Source: a virus
Reading direction: 5' to 3' (one strand)
Length of the DNA stretch: 64,000 nucleotides
Virus record (IMG/VR): IMGVR_UViG_3300027747_004524
Location: 32,001 to 96,000 of that record
Below are positions 18,926-28,888 of the stretch, piece by piece. Below the pieces are notes generated by a model, which did not search any database, had not been told where the DNA came from, and saw only the letters and a list, made by a program, of their open reading frames with translations. How positions within the stretch are numbered: the stretch's first letter is position 1; each line of letters starts with the position of its first letter. The position numbers were made by a program, and so were the translations under genes.

Positions 18926-19964
18926 AGTTCTTGGCCTTAAGAATTCTGCTTCGATAAAAGATGTAGAAAAAGCCTATAGGGATCTTGCAAAAAAGTATCA
19001 CCCTGACCTTAATCCGGAGGATACAGGTGCAGCGGACAAGTTCAAAGATGTTCAGTCTGCCTATGAGATTCTTAAAAAAGTAAAAACTTCTAACTCATCG
19101 GCTTTTGACTTTGATGAGCGGATGAAGTTCCGCTCCAAGTCAAAATTTAATGACAGTGTTGAAGTAGATTTAAATAGCTTCTTCTCTAACTCCCTATTCA
19201 GGGGAAGGAACATACAGTCAAAAGTAGAAGTTAACTTTTTAGAGGTTTTAACTGGTGTTAAAAAGAATATCAAGATAAAGAAGAAGACTGTTTGTTCTTC
19301 CTGCTCTGGTGAGGGGTTCACAGACTACGTATTTTGTGAACGATGCGAAGGCAAAGGAATTTCTCAGGTACTTCAGCCACCATTTTCTTTAAATCGTCCC
19401 TGTGGCTTCTGTGGAGGCACAGGAAAGATAAACGTTAAAAAGTGTTCTTCTTGCTCTGGCATGGGTTACTCTTCTTACGAAGAGGACTCGGTTGAGGTTA
19501 ACATACCACCGGGTGTGGAACATGGTACTTCAATAACTATTAGTGGAGGCGGGGAGCCTTCTCTTAAAGGCGGTGAAAGCGGTGACCTCATAGTCTTGGT
19601 TGTTGTAAAACCTGATCCTCTTTTTAAGAGGGATGGGGCATCAATCCTTTTAGAGGTTCCTGTTTCTTATACACAAATAGTTTTAGGTTGTTCTTTAACA
19701 ATTCCATGCGTTTCTGGCGAAAGAATTGTTTTGAAAGTTCCGCAATTTACTCAACCTTATTCCAAGTTTAGAGTAAGAGGCAAGGGTCTTCCTTACAAGG
19801 GAAATATTGGAGACATGATAGTTTCTTTAAGGCTTGAAGTTCCTAAAGAACTTGACGAAGAATACAAAAAGCATTTAGAAGGACTTTCTTTTTTTGAGAA
19901 AAAGTATATAACTCTTGGTAGAAGTAGCTGGAACGAAAAGTTTGGTGATTCACAAAAGGAGTAA
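18912..19964 (+). CDS. dnaJ: DnaJ chaperone
   Basis: J domain with HPD, four CxxCxGxG repeats, C-terminal GDLIV/FKRDG. Confidence 0.93.
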   Translation: MNPYEVLGLKNSASIKDVEKAYRDLAKKYHPDLNPEDTGAADKFKDVQSAYEILKKVKTSNSSAFDFDERMKFRSKSKFNDSVEVDLNSFFSNSLFRGRNIQSKVEVNFLEVLTGVKKNIKIKKKTVCSSCSGEGFTDYVFCERCEGKGISQVLQPPFSLNRPCGFCGGTGKINVKKCSSCSGMGYSSYEEDSVEVNIPPGVEHGTSITISGGGEPSLKGGESGDLIVLVVVKPDPLFKRDGASILLEVPVSYTQIVLGCSLTIPCVSGERIVLKVPQFTQPYSKFRVRGKGLPYKGNIGDMIVSLRLEVPKELDEEYKKHLEGLSFFEKKYITLGRSSWNEKFGDSQKE

Positions 19965-19968
19965 AATT

Positions 19969-20181
19969 ATGAGTACAAACAAGCTGGTTTATGTTTTTTT
20001 AGCTTTAACTGGTCTGATTCTGACTTTTAGTCTTGGGATCAACTTTTTTGTAGACAAGGTCTCAGACCGTGTAATCCAAAAGCTAAAACAGGATTATTCG
20101 CCTTCTCCGTATGGTCCAACCATAGATCCTGATAAGATAGATCTAAACAAGGTGAACATAAAGGTCGATCCTAGTTTATAA
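19969..20181 (+). CDS. Small membrane protein
   Basis: AAGGAG RBS; single TM. Confidence 0.7.
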   Translation: MSTNKLVYVFLALTGLILTFSLGINFFVDKVSDRVIQKLKQDYSPSPYGPTIDPDKIDLNKVNIKVDPSL

Positions 20182-20515
20182 TTCTACATGCTGTTATTTT
20201 TGAAGGATACACAGAGGTATCATTTCCAAGCCTTTGCATTGTTAGTTGCATAACTTTACCAATCAAAGGCGTTCCTTGTATTCTTTTAAATTCATCGTAT
20301 GTGAAGAATAGCTTTGACCCATCTTCTAGTTGCATATAAATTGGGTTTATTTTATCATTTAATATGGATATTTTAGACTTTTTTTCGACACTAGGCAGAC
20401 CTAGATCCAAGCTAGGCAGGTGTATCTTTTTTGCCCAAAGGAAGTTTTCCTCTATGCATAGAGACTTAACTTCTTGTATATTCTCTGATATCTCTAGGAA
20501 TTTGTTAAATTGCAT
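20171..20515 (-). CDS. Hypothetical protein with capsid-targeting-like N-terminus
   Basis: MQFNKFLE start; TAAATA on minus strand at 20541-20546. Confidence 0.7.
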   Translation of the reverse strand: MQFNKFLEISENIQEVKSLCIEENFLWAKKIHLPSLDLGLPSVEKKSKISILNDKINPIYMQLEDGSKLFFTYDEFKRIQGTPLIGKVMQLTMQRLGNDTSVYPSKITACRIIN

Positions 20516-20545
20516 GGTTTATTACTCTATTACTCTTAGATATTT

Positions 20546-20878
20546 ATGAAAAACTACAATATTTTATCTGTTTCATCTTTAGTCCCTCTGTCCGTAGAGA
20601 TCAGAGACGAACAAGACGCGGAACCACCAAAATTTTTGAACGTAAAAATAGACTATAGAAATGAGAAGGTTTATTTTGAAGATCCCCCTGAAGGTTTAGA
20701 CCTTAAGGCTCTGGAGAGGCAAATCATTGACTATTTTAAGCCTCCGGTAGTAGAAATTCCAAATGTCTATTATGACTATTTGGAGAAAGTTAAAGAAGTT
20801 AGATCGGGAAATTATGCTACTTCTTTTATGGACGATTATCAAATTAATGGAGAAAACAATGACAGTAGGGAATCCTGA
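20546..20878 (+). CDS. Hypothetical protein
   Basis: 110-aa ORF. Confidence 0.7.
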   Translation: MKNYNILSVSSLVPLSVEIRDEQDAEPPKFLNVKIDYRNEKVYFEDPPEGLDLKALERQIIDYFKPPVVEIPNVYYDYLEKVKEVRSGNYATSFMDDYQINGENNDSRES

Positions 20879-21446
20879 GAACTTTAAGGTTCAAATTAAG
20901 ACCGGTCGAGACGAGGTGGACTCTCGTGTGCCCTGTGACTTTACGAATTTAACTTTGAAAAAATTATTTTCTTGGATAGATGCTCAGCAAGTTAGTAGCT
21001 TTTTAAAAGCTGAGCTGAAAAGAAGTGCTTCAAGATTTCCCCACCAAGCTCTTCCTGCCTGGCAAAGAGATTTTGATAAACATCTTTCAAAGGCACATTC
21101 TAGATTAAGAAAGAAAAAGAATTTATTGAAGCCTGAGGTTAAACCTCTAGAAGATAAGAAAGAAGATCTTTCAAGGCATGTTGAAATGAGGGCGTCCGAT
21201 TTTTCTGGTTTTGAGGATGAAGAACTAGATGAAGGGCTTGAAAATGAAGATTTGTTAGGTAATGAGCTAGAAGCAGATGGCCTTATAAGCAACGTAGAGA
21301 CGCCAACAGAGCTTGAAGCATCTGATCATGTTGAAGCATCTGATCATGTTGAAGCTTCGCAAAACTCTGATCCTGAGCCCATCATTGAGGTGGTGAACGA
21401 AGAGGGTTCTAGTGCTTTTGACGTTTGCAAGGAGAACAATATATGA
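20859..21446 (+). CDS. Hypothetical protein with acidic C-terminus
   Basis: GGAG RBS; EASDHV repeats. Confidence 0.7.
   Translation: MTVGNPENFKVQIKTGRDEVDSRVPCDFTNLTLKKLFSWIDAQQVSSFLKAELKRSASRFPHQALPAWQRDFDKHLSKAHSRLRKKKNLLKPEVKPLEDKKEDLSRHVEMRASDFSGFEDEELDEGLENEDLLGNELEADGLISNVETPTELEASDHVEASDHVEASQNSDPEPIIEVVNEEGSSAFDVCKENNI
21313..21355. repeat. 18-bp tandem repeat (about 2.4 copies), in frame
   Basis: TTGAAGCATCTGATCATG x2 plus TTGAAGC. Confidence 0.85.
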
Positions 21447-21652
21447 AAGCTTTTGCAATCATATCCATTGCTAGACAAGTTGATGGAGAATATTGTGTAG
21501 TTAAAATAGAAAAGGCATACAAAGACTCTTCTTTTGCTGAATCCTATGCAAAAAACCTTTCCAAAAGATATGCCGAAACAATATCGACTCCAAATGGTCC
21601 AATAGATTGCGTTTGTGAAAGAGGCATTTTTGAGATCGATATAGAGGATTGA
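21443..21652 (+). CDS. Hypothetical protein
   Basis: AAGGAG RBS, ATGA overlap. Confidence 0.7.
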   Translation: MKAFAIISIARQVDGEYCVVKIEKAYKDSSFAESYAKNLSKRYAETISTPNGPIDCVCERGIFEIDIED

Positions 21653-21702
21653 TCAACTTTTATTTTTTTGTTACAATTATTTGATACCAAGGAGAACCAA
21701 TC

Positions 21703-22440
21703 ATGAGCACCCCAATAACACCACATAATCCCCTAGAAGGCGACAGGCCAGAACTAAATATAAAACTGCACGAAAGTACAGATGAGCACGTTTCTATAAT
21801 TATTGTTCATAAAGACAGACCAGAATACTTGAACATATGCCTTCAATCTATTGCTGTTACCTCTTTCAACAATAATTACGAAATAATTGTTGTTGATAAT
21901 AATAGCGGCAAAGACTCACAAGACTTTTTATCAGACATAGAAAATGAAGTAAAGGTTGTTAGAAATGACACCAATCTTTATTGGTCTGGTGCCTGCAATA
22001 AAGGCGTTCAGGCAGCAGATAAGAACTCTAAGTACTATATTTTTCTTCATTGCGATGTTGTAATTCTAAACCCAGCTTGGATTGATCTTTTGATAAATGT
22101 TTCTGAAGCACAGCAATCTGGAGTGATAGGTGTTGACACTCAATCTTACATGATAAGCAACAAAAAAGTCGATTTTCTCCAAGATCATATCTTGTTGTTT
22201 ACTAAAGAAGCTTGGAAAGACGTTGGCCCCTGGCCAGAAGAACTGCCAATGATCGGTCATTCCTTTATCATGACCATGAAAGCTCAAGCTAAGGGTCACA
22301 AGCCGCAGGTGGTAAAGAACCCGATTATACACCATTACAGAATGTTTAGTCTAGATGTAAGCGAATTCGAGAGAATGACCGAACACGCTATGTCTCATAT
22401 TCCAAAACTTATGACCGATGTACAGTCGAGGGCAATATAA
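21703..22440 (+). CDS. GT2 family glycosyltransferase
   Basis: VSIIIVH, EIIVVDNNS, N.YWSGACNKG, FLHCDV. Confidence 0.85.
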   Translation: MSTPITPHNPLEGDRPELNIKLHESTDEHVSIIIVHKDRPEYLNICLQSIAVTSFNNNYEIIVVDNNSGKDSQDFLSDIENEVKVVRNDTNLYWSGACNKGVQAADKNSKYYIFLHCDVVILNPAWIDLLINVSEAQQSGVIGVDTQSYMISNKKVDFLQDHILLFTKEAWKDVGPWPEELPMIGHSFIMTMKAQAKGHKPQVVKNPIIHHYRMFSLDVSEFERMTEHAMSHIPKLMTDVQSRAI

Positions 22441-23106
22441 ATGAAACTACTTGTCAAAGACAACAACTACGCCGTTCTAGATTCGGTGCTAGATGATGCT
22501 TATTTTAAGCAATTCTGTCACTACTTTAACACCTTAGACTTTGCGTATCGCTCCCTCACAGGCTGGCAGAAGGTCTGGAGAATCTCAGACGGCCAGGTTT
22601 TAGCAGGCTCACCGTACTATGCTTCTAAAGGTCCTCATAACTGTATGATGGACGGAATGATAGAAGTTATAAACACATTGGCCACACAGCACTTAGAAAC
22701 CATAGTGGGAAAAAAGGGAGAAGATTGGGATGATTTTCTCTTAACGCCATACATATATCCTGTTAACACAAAGATATCATGGCATAATGACTATGGATAC
22801 TCAGCTGCTGCCATATTCTACACCCATAGTTTTTGGGATCCCCACTGGGGCGGTGAACTTTTTATTGCAAAGACTTCTCCGGAGTCGGACGCCAGACTCA
22901 CCTCTCAGCCATCCGATGCTATTGATCGATCATATATGCCAGAGCTATTAAATGAATATGGCCTTGGCCAATATATTTCTCCTCTTCCAAACAGACTTGT
23001 TTTTACAAAAGGAAAAGTTTGGCACGCCATCAACAGAGTTGATGCTTCTGCCGGTGATGCTCTTCGTCGTTCTGTAGTAGCCTTCTTTTACAAAAAGAAA
23101 GATTGA
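22441..23106 (+). CDS. 2OG-Fe(II) oxygenase (prolyl-hydroxylase-like)
   Basis: WHND, WGGELF, PNRLVF, WHAI, RRSV. Confidence 0.85.
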   Translation: MKLLVKDNNYAVLDSVLDDAYFKQFCHYFNTLDFAYRSLTGWQKVWRISDGQVLAGSPYYASKGPHNCMMDGMIEVINTLATQHLETIVGKKGEDWDDFLLTPYIYPVNTKISWHNDYGYSAAAIFYTHSFWDPHWGGELFIAKTSPESDARLTSQPSDAIDRSYMPELLNEYGLGQYISPLPNRLVFTKGKVWHAINRVDASAGDALRRSVVAFFYKKKD

Positions 23107-23107
23107 T

Positions 23108-23455
23108 ATGCCCTACATTGAAAACAGCTTCAGAAAAAGACTTGATATACACATAGAGAAACTAGTGGACTCTTTGTTCAATGCTGTTTCGGAAAAGGAC
23201 ATATCAGAATTTGATGCAAATGATTTACTGAACTGTTCTGGTAATTTAAATTACGTCATGACCAGAATTTGTTCTTCTTTGCTCGTAAACAAACCAACGT
23301 ATGCTAAGGTAGCCATTATTACAGGCGTTCTTGAGAACGTTAAGCAAGAGTTTTACCGTAGAGTCGCTTCACCATATGAAGACAAAAAGATAGAGCAAAA
23401 TGGTGATGTAAAGGGTTATTTAAGCGAAGAGACGAATTTGTTCCATTCTTCGTGA
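23108..23455 (+). CDS. Conserved phage protein (DUF6899-like)
   Basis: MPYI..GNLNY..GVLENVKQEFYRRVASPYEDKKIEQNGDV. Confidence 0.65.
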   Translation: MPYIENSFRKRLDIHIEKLVDSLFNAVSEKDISEFDANDLLNCSGNLNYVMTRICSSLLVNKPTYAKVAIITGVLENVKQEFYRRVASPYEDKKIEQNGDVKGYLSEETNLFHSS

Positions 23456-23847
23456 TCGTGGATCCTAGGGCAATGATCCCCAGAATAGAAGCAAGCATAG
23501 GCCATACAAAATAGCTCTTCGTCATTTTGTTTTTGCCTATTTTTTGTTCCCTTAACTATCTTTGACCATTCTTTTTTCTTGCTTTTGTCTATTAGGTGTT
23601 CCCATACCATGTGTGCTATTTCGTGTAGCGTTGTGAACTTTCTTGAATAATTCCACGGTGCTGCTACCACTATTTTCTTCTTGTGCACATAGCCAATATG
23701 ATCCTCGTCCCCTTTTAGAGTGTTTTTAGGGGTATAGGTAAACTTAAACTTGTTGAGTATTTCTTGATGCTTCTTGGGAAGTGCAGAAATAAGCTGGTCT
23801 ACGTTTTCTTTTTCTTCTGCCTCTATAAAAAGCTTAAAATTCATCAT
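23416..23847 (-). CDS. HExxH metallopeptidase-like protein with capsid-targeting-like N-terminus
   Basis: TTLHEIAH, later ELFC; MMNFKLFIE start; TAAATA on minus strand at 23852-23857. Confidence 0.75.
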   Translation of the reverse strand: MMNFKLFIEAEEKENVDQLISALPKKHQEILNKFKFTYTPKNTLKGDEDHIGYVHKKKIVVAAPWNYSRKFTTLHEIAHMVWEHLIDKSKKKEWSKIVKGTKNRQKQNDEELFCMAYACFYSGDHCPRIHDHEEWNKFVSSLK

Positions 23848-23899
23848 ATGGTATTTATGCTCCTGCAATCTTTTTACGCCTACATGGGTAAATACATAT

Positions 23900-24781
23900 A
23901 TGTCAAAGCTCTCTTTTAAATTCTGGCTTTTGGATGAAGACTCAAGAAGTTTAGCAAAAGTTTATGCTGGTCTTCTCAAGAACGTCCCCCAAGACAAGGA
24001 ACATCATCCTGAAGGTGATGTTCTTACCCATGTTAAGCTTGTTAGAAAAGCCATCCCAGGTGCTATACGTAGATTAAATGTTCTAAAGAACACACCACCG
24101 TTTTCTAACATTCTTGAAGATATGGACTTTAGTTTAACACCAAAAGAGCTACAGATACTTTACATAAGTGCTTGGCTGCACGATGTAGGCAAGGCGACCG
24201 CAACAACAATAGGTGGGGTAAATTATGAGTTCTTGAGGCAGATGGACATTCAATATCAAAATGATGCCTCTAAGATAAAGTCTGTTGGACACGATCTTCC
24301 GGCACACTACTCCCCTTTAATTAACAGGCTTGGAGGTTTCGCTCCACCTGAGACAAAAGCTCTTTACGAAGAAAACAAGGACGTCATAGATTTTATAATT
24401 GACCATCACATGCAATTAGGTCAATTTCCAAAATCTTTTATAAGAGAGCATTTTAATAATGGAAAGGCCATAAACACTCAAAAGCTTAAACTTCTGCTTG
24501 TTTTGATGTGGGCAGACAAAATGGGCAGAACACCAGAATCTGTTAATAAGGCAATGAGCGAAAACGAACGTAAGCTTCTTGACTGCTCTAATGAATCCAT
24601 TAAACAAAAGCAAAATCAAGAAAAGACAGCTAGTAGACAAAAGTCCTTTAATGATCCTGTTGCTATGGCTAGAGGATTGTTACAAAAAGGTCTCTCTAAA
24701 GAATCTGTACTAAAGTCAATAAAGGGAAAGTTTCCCAATATTACAGACGAAGAACTATCATCCATTTTAAGGAGCACATGA
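23900..24781 (+). CDS. HD-domain phosphohydrolase with capsid-targeting-like N-terminus
   Basis: HHPEGDVLTH, WLHDVGK, GH, HH, WAD; TAAATA 23889-23894. Confidence 0.85.
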   Translation: MSKLSFKFWLLDEDSRSLAKVYAGLLKNVPQDKEHHPEGDVLTHVKLVRKAIPGAIRRLNVLKNTPPFSNILEDMDFSLTPKELQILYISAWLHDVGKATATTIGGVNYEFLRQMDIQYQNDASKIKSVGHDLPAHYSPLINRLGGFAPPETKALYEENKDVIDFIIDHHMQLGQFPKSFIREHFNNGKAINTQKLKLLLVLMWADKMGRTPESVNKAMSENERKLLDCSNESIKQKQNQEKTASRQKSFNDPVAMARGLLQKGLSKESVLKSIKGKFPNITDEELSSILRST

Positions 24782-25482
24782 AGAGAAGAAAGCAGAAGCC
24801 TAAGGAAAAAACACAAAACGACAACCAAAGAGCTTATGACCATGACTCAAAGAACAAGTCCTTCCATCTAGAGTTTTTGAATCAAGCACAAAAACTAGCC
24901 TGGGAAGCCTTTGATAAGCATGATGTGCTTTTTCTAATAGGTCCAGCAGGATGTGGAAAAACAATGTTAGCTTGTGCTTTTGGCATAAGTGAAATAGTTT
25001 CTAAGAAGAAAAAGAAGATAGTACTAACTCGTCCAATAGTAGAGGCTGGAGAATCCTTGGGATACCTTCCTGGAACTTTCGAGGAGAAAGTTAATCCATA
25101 CATGTTGCCAATGTATGACTGCATAGATCGTTGTGTTGGAAGAGATGGCCCTCAAAGAGAGATAATATCTAAATCTATTGAAGTTGCTCCTTTGGCTTAT
25201 TTAAGAGGTAGAACTTTTCACGACTCGGTTTGCATTTTTGATGAAGCACAGAATGCTACGATGTCACAACTAAAGCTTTTCCTTACAAGATTTGGCACAA
25301 ATAGTAAAATTATCGTCACAGGAGACCCACTACAGAGTGACTTGCACATTAAAGATCAAGCTCTAATGAATACGGTAAAAAAGCTGGAGAACCTTAATGG
25401 AGTGGGCGTCATCTACTTCAAAGCCAGTTCAATTGTAAGGCATCCTTTGATTGCTTCCATGCTTGAGAGGCTTGAGAGCTAA
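24778..25482 (+). CDS. phoH: PhoH family ATPase
   Basis: GPAGCGKT, RPIVEAGESLGYLPG, LRGRTF, DEAQN, GDPLQSD. Confidence 0.95.
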   Translation: MKRRKQKPKEKTQNDNQRAYDHDSKNKSFHLEFLNQAQKLAWEAFDKHDVLFLIGPAGCGKTMLACAFGISEIVSKKKKKIVLTRPIVEAGESLGYLPGTFEEKVNPYMLPMYDCIDRCVGRDGPQREIISKSIEVAPLAYLRGRTFHDSVCIFDEAQNATMSQLKLFLTRFGTNSKIIVTGDPLQSDLHIKDQALMNTVKKLENLNGVGVIYFKASSIVRHPLIASMLERLES

Positions 25483-25495
25483 TTTAAGGAGGGAT

Positions 25496-27598
25496 ATGGA
25501 TTTTGTTGAGCTTAGAGGTATAGGAGAGCCAAACCTGTTCGGCACTTTGTCTGTTGATCAAGCAGACAGTAGCGATTTTGTGTCCCTTCTTTCCGTTTCC
25601 TATCTAAGCCCAACCTCAGTAGAAACTCAAAATGATTTTGGTCTTTTTTCCTTGGAATCAATCCTAAACCCAAACTCATTAGATACTCAAAATGAGTTTG
25701 GTCTTTTGTTCTTGGGATCACCCCTTAGCTTCTCTTCTTATACTCTAAATATTGAAAATGGTCTTCCTATTGGGACTGAGTTAGGATACTTTTCTGTTAG
25801 CCTAGACGGTGAGTTTTCTTATTCGCTTGTTTCTGGTTTAGGCTCCGATGATAATGGTTATTTTACAATAGTAGATAACAATCTTTTAATTTATTCCGTT
25901 CTTGATAAAAACACGTATCTGATAAGAGTAAGAGCTGAGCAGGGCGATTATGCTTATGAACAAATGTTCATATTAAATGCCATAGACACAGTTAACAACC
26001 AAGGCTTTTTTGATGGTGCTGTAGGATCCTTCACAATTTCCGCAACAGCCTCGCTCTTAGGTTTACAAAACAATGATTACGCAGGTGATTTAGCTTGTTT
26101 GTTTTTAATCTCACAGCAAGGATTATCAAGTCAAGAGTCTCTTGGTTCTTTATATGTTGATGGGTTTATAGGTCTACCTGGAATTTATGATTCCGGATAT
26201 GGGTCTTTGATTTTATCAATGTTATACAATTTGGGAGGCATACCTTCTCAAGAAGGTCTAAACCCTTCTCTTGCCATAAATTACTTTGGATTCTTTCAAC
26301 CAGTTGTTTGGAATGTTGACAAAATTATATCTGTTGGCTCGGCCGTAGTCTGGAATGTAGGTCTGGGTGTAGAAAAATGGTACAGAGTTGAAGGCTGTTG
26401 CATTTTTCCAACAAAGCAGGGCTCTGGGTATGGAATTTCAGGACCTTCTTTTGCGGGCGGATGCGATATATCAAACTTTCAGTCGTCTGATTCCAAATGT
26501 ATTGGGGCTTCTGGTAAGCAACGTTTTATTCAAAACATATTGGCAACCAGCGTAGCGGACGTATGTAGACAACTAAATCAATACAACATGAAGTGGCAGG
26601 TCTGTAGCATACAAGTTTACAGCAATCCCGCTGGTCCTGCATTAGATTCTTGCAACACACTAACTGAAGTGCCTTTTGCTGGTTACCCTGAGTGTATAGA
26701 GGTTTCAATTCACACTGATACCCTTGTTAGGATATCCTATTCTGATCGTGTTTACTCCTCATTTCAGTATTCCGGTTCTGGTGGCTTGAATTTAGAGGGA
26801 AACTCCTCGTTTAGCTTTTCTCAACCTGGGCTATCCTTGTATTCTTATAATGGACATGGAGGGCTGTCTGTTGGGGGTGAAGCTTTTGTAGAAAGTTCTT
26901 GGGAAGATCTATTAAATGTTGATTTAAATTTTAGTTTTAACATTACCTTTATTGAGGCGGTGCAATCATTTAAGCAACCAACTGCTACTTTAGTAGGAGC
27001 TTCTTCGACAATATCAACTTTGTGTGGATCTTGCACTTCTATGCCATCTACAATGTATTGTTACACTAATCTAGATAGGTCCTATCTTCTTTCTAGATTG
27101 ATAGGCAAGAATTCTATAAACTTTCCAAAGTACTTTCCTTTGTATTATAGCACTTTGCTTAAATCTTGGACTTCGAACTATCAGTTCTCAGGCTATGGTG
27201 ATTCTGGCATAGAAAATTGGAACTTCGTCCTAAGCTGGTCGTGCTTAAATCAAATAGGCGGTGAAAGCTCAAGTCCTTATTGGAAGTACTCTATGTTTAT
27301 TAACAGATCACTTTCAAGTAAGGATTTTGATACTAGAATTAATGTTACATTTCCACCCCAGGAGCTATGCCGTCTTATAAACAATTTGTCTGTAGACCTA
27401 TCATTTAGTCTTAACACCATCACAGGTTACGTAGACAATAGCACCGTAGACGTCACAGATCTCGTTTCCATATCAGACAAAATTGGTGTTTTTAAAGATG
27501 CCACTTGGACCGCTGATCCTTGGTTGGACGTTAGGATATCTAGGTCAGCAGTTTCTCCGCAATATCAAACTGTTGATTTATCTCCTTTACTTCCCTAA
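25496..27598 (+). CDS. Large putative virion protein with cadherin-like domain
   Basis: ENGLPIGT..FSYSLVSGLGSDDNGYFTI..YLIRVRA; AAGGAGG RBS. Confidence 0.65.
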   Translation: MDFVELRGIGEPNLFGTLSVDQADSSDFVSLLSVSYLSPTSVETQNDFGLFSLESILNPNSLDTQNEFGLLFLGSPLSFSSYTLNIENGLPIGTELGYFSVSLDGEFSYSLVSGLGSDDNGYFTIVDNNLLIYSVLDKNTYLIRVRAEQGDYAYEQMFILNAIDTVNNQGFFDGAVGSFTISATASLLGLQNNDYAGDLACLFLISQQGLSSQESLGSLYVDGFIGLPGIYDSGYGSLILSMLYNLGGIPSQEGLNPSLAINYFGFFQPVVWNVDKIISVGSAVVWNVGLGVEKWYRVEGCCIFPTKQGSGYGISGPSFAGGCDISNFQSSDSKCIGASGKQRFIQNILATSVADVCRQLNQYNMKWQVCSIQVYSNPAGPALDSCNTLTEVPFAGYPECIEVSIHTDTLVRISYSDRVYSSFQYSGSGGLNLEGNSSFSFSQPGLSLYSYNGHGGLSVGGEAFVESSWEDLLNVDLNFSFNITFIEAVQSFKQPTATLVGASSTISTLCGSCTSMPSTMYCYTNLDRSYLLSRLIGKNSINFPKYFPLYYSTLLKSWTSNYQFSGYGDSGIENWNFVLSWSCLNQIGGESSSPYWKYSMFINRSLSSKDFDTRINVTFPPQELCRLINNLSVDLSFSLNTITGYVDNSTVDVTDLVSISDKIGVFKDATWTADPWLDVRISRSAVSPQYQTVDLSPLLP

Positions 27599-27623
27599 AA
27601 TATAGTTTAGGAGTCTATACTTT

Positions 27624-27887
27624 ATGGTGAACGTAAGTTATTGGGTTTTATCCCTATTTTTTGTTTTATCTTTTTCAAATTTGGTCATTTTGTTTTTTGT
27701 TTCTGCTTTTTTAGTGCGATTTAGGCTGGATTTAATGAGCTTTTTAGCTGATTCCTTACGTGTAAAGCAGCATCCTGTTTCACAAGAATTAGTAGACGCA
27801 AAACCTAAAACATGGGATGAGAAATACGAAGAAGAGGTTGAAATTGTTTCAAGAAGACTACGGCAGAGTGCTGATGGTGAATTGTGA
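27624..27887 (+). CDS. Small membrane protein
   Basis: N-terminal TM. Confidence 0.7.
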   Translation: MVNVSYWVLSLFFVLSFSNLVILFFVSAFLVRFRLDLMSFLADSLRVKQHPVSQELVDAKPKTWDEKYEEEVEIVSRRLRQSADGEL

Positions 27888-28849
27888 AATATACTTCGGT
27901 AAAATATTTAGATCTTAGGTCTAAAAGGAGGTTCGGTGTTGAGCTAGAAATGGGTCACACCGTTCCTAAATCTAGGGTGTCTAATATCATTAAAAGCTTT
28001 TCCGACAAGCCTGTTGTTTGCACTGGTTACAAGTTAAGTTCTAACAACAATTACTGGCATGTTAAAGACGATTCAACTTGCGGCATATTTGGCAAAAACG
28101 GTCCTAAGGGCGTTGAAGTTGCATCGTACGTTGGTGAGAGTTTAGATGACATAGACCACATTTCTTTTGTCGGAAGAATGTTGTCTATGTCTGGGTGCAA
28201 AACAAACTCTAATTGTGGATACCACATTCACGCAGAAGTAAAAGACTTCGATATTAACAATGCTGGTATTTTATTGGCTAGATGGTTAAAAATTGAACCT
28301 TGGGTTGAAAGCATGATTTCGCCTCAAAGGAGAAATAGTAAATATTGTAGGTCTCTTTGTGGGCTAAAAACTTTTGACAAGTCTAAGCTTTGGAAGCCTC
28401 ATGATCTTTTTGTTTTATTTGCTCCTAAAAATTTAGCCACGTTTGAAAATGAAGAAAGAAGAGTTTGTTTGAATTTAGTCAACTATGTAAAATACGTCCT
28501 TTTCCCAGAAGCAAGCAACCCTAGAGGAACCTTAGAGCTTAGATGTCCAGAGGGAACACTAGATTATAACGAGATAAAGAATTGGCTTTACTTTTTTTTA
28601 AACTTTATAGAGTGCTGTAAAGATGAACCTATGCCTTCCGATCTTGTTCCTTGCTCCACAATAGATGATTTTCTTTCATTTGTTGGATTGAATCATAAGG
28701 ACAACAATTTCTTCATATTCAGCAAAGATCTTTTCGATACTAGAAATTGGTTGCTTAATCGTTTGGTCCTAAACGCCCCAGAGTTCTATAAAAAAAAGGC
28801 TAAAAAAAAGTTGTCTTTTTTGAATGAACAGGCACTAGATACTAAGTAA
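27884..28849 (+). CDS. Putative amidoligase (Amidoligase_2-like)
   Basis: RFGVELE, VKDDSTC, VEVAS, CGYHIH, TLELRCPEGT. Confidence 0.8.
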   Translation: MKYTSVKYLDLRSKRRFGVELEMGHTVPKSRVSNIIKSFSDKPVVCTGYKLSSNNNYWHVKDDSTCGIFGKNGPKGVEVASYVGESLDDIDHISFVGRMLSMSGCKTNSNCGYHIHAEVKDFDINNAGILLARWLKIEPWVESMISPQRRNSKYCRSLCGLKTFDKSKLWKPHDLFVLFAPKNLATFENEERRVCLNLVNYVKYVLFPEASNPRGTLELRCPEGTLDYNEIKNWLYFFLNFIECCKDEPMPSDLVPCSTIDDFLSFVGLNHKDNNFFIFSKDLFDTRNWLLNRLVLNAPEFYKKKAKKKLSFLNEQALDTK

Positions 28850-28888
28850 ACTTTTACTAACTTTAACTAAAATTAACTAAGGAGAACT

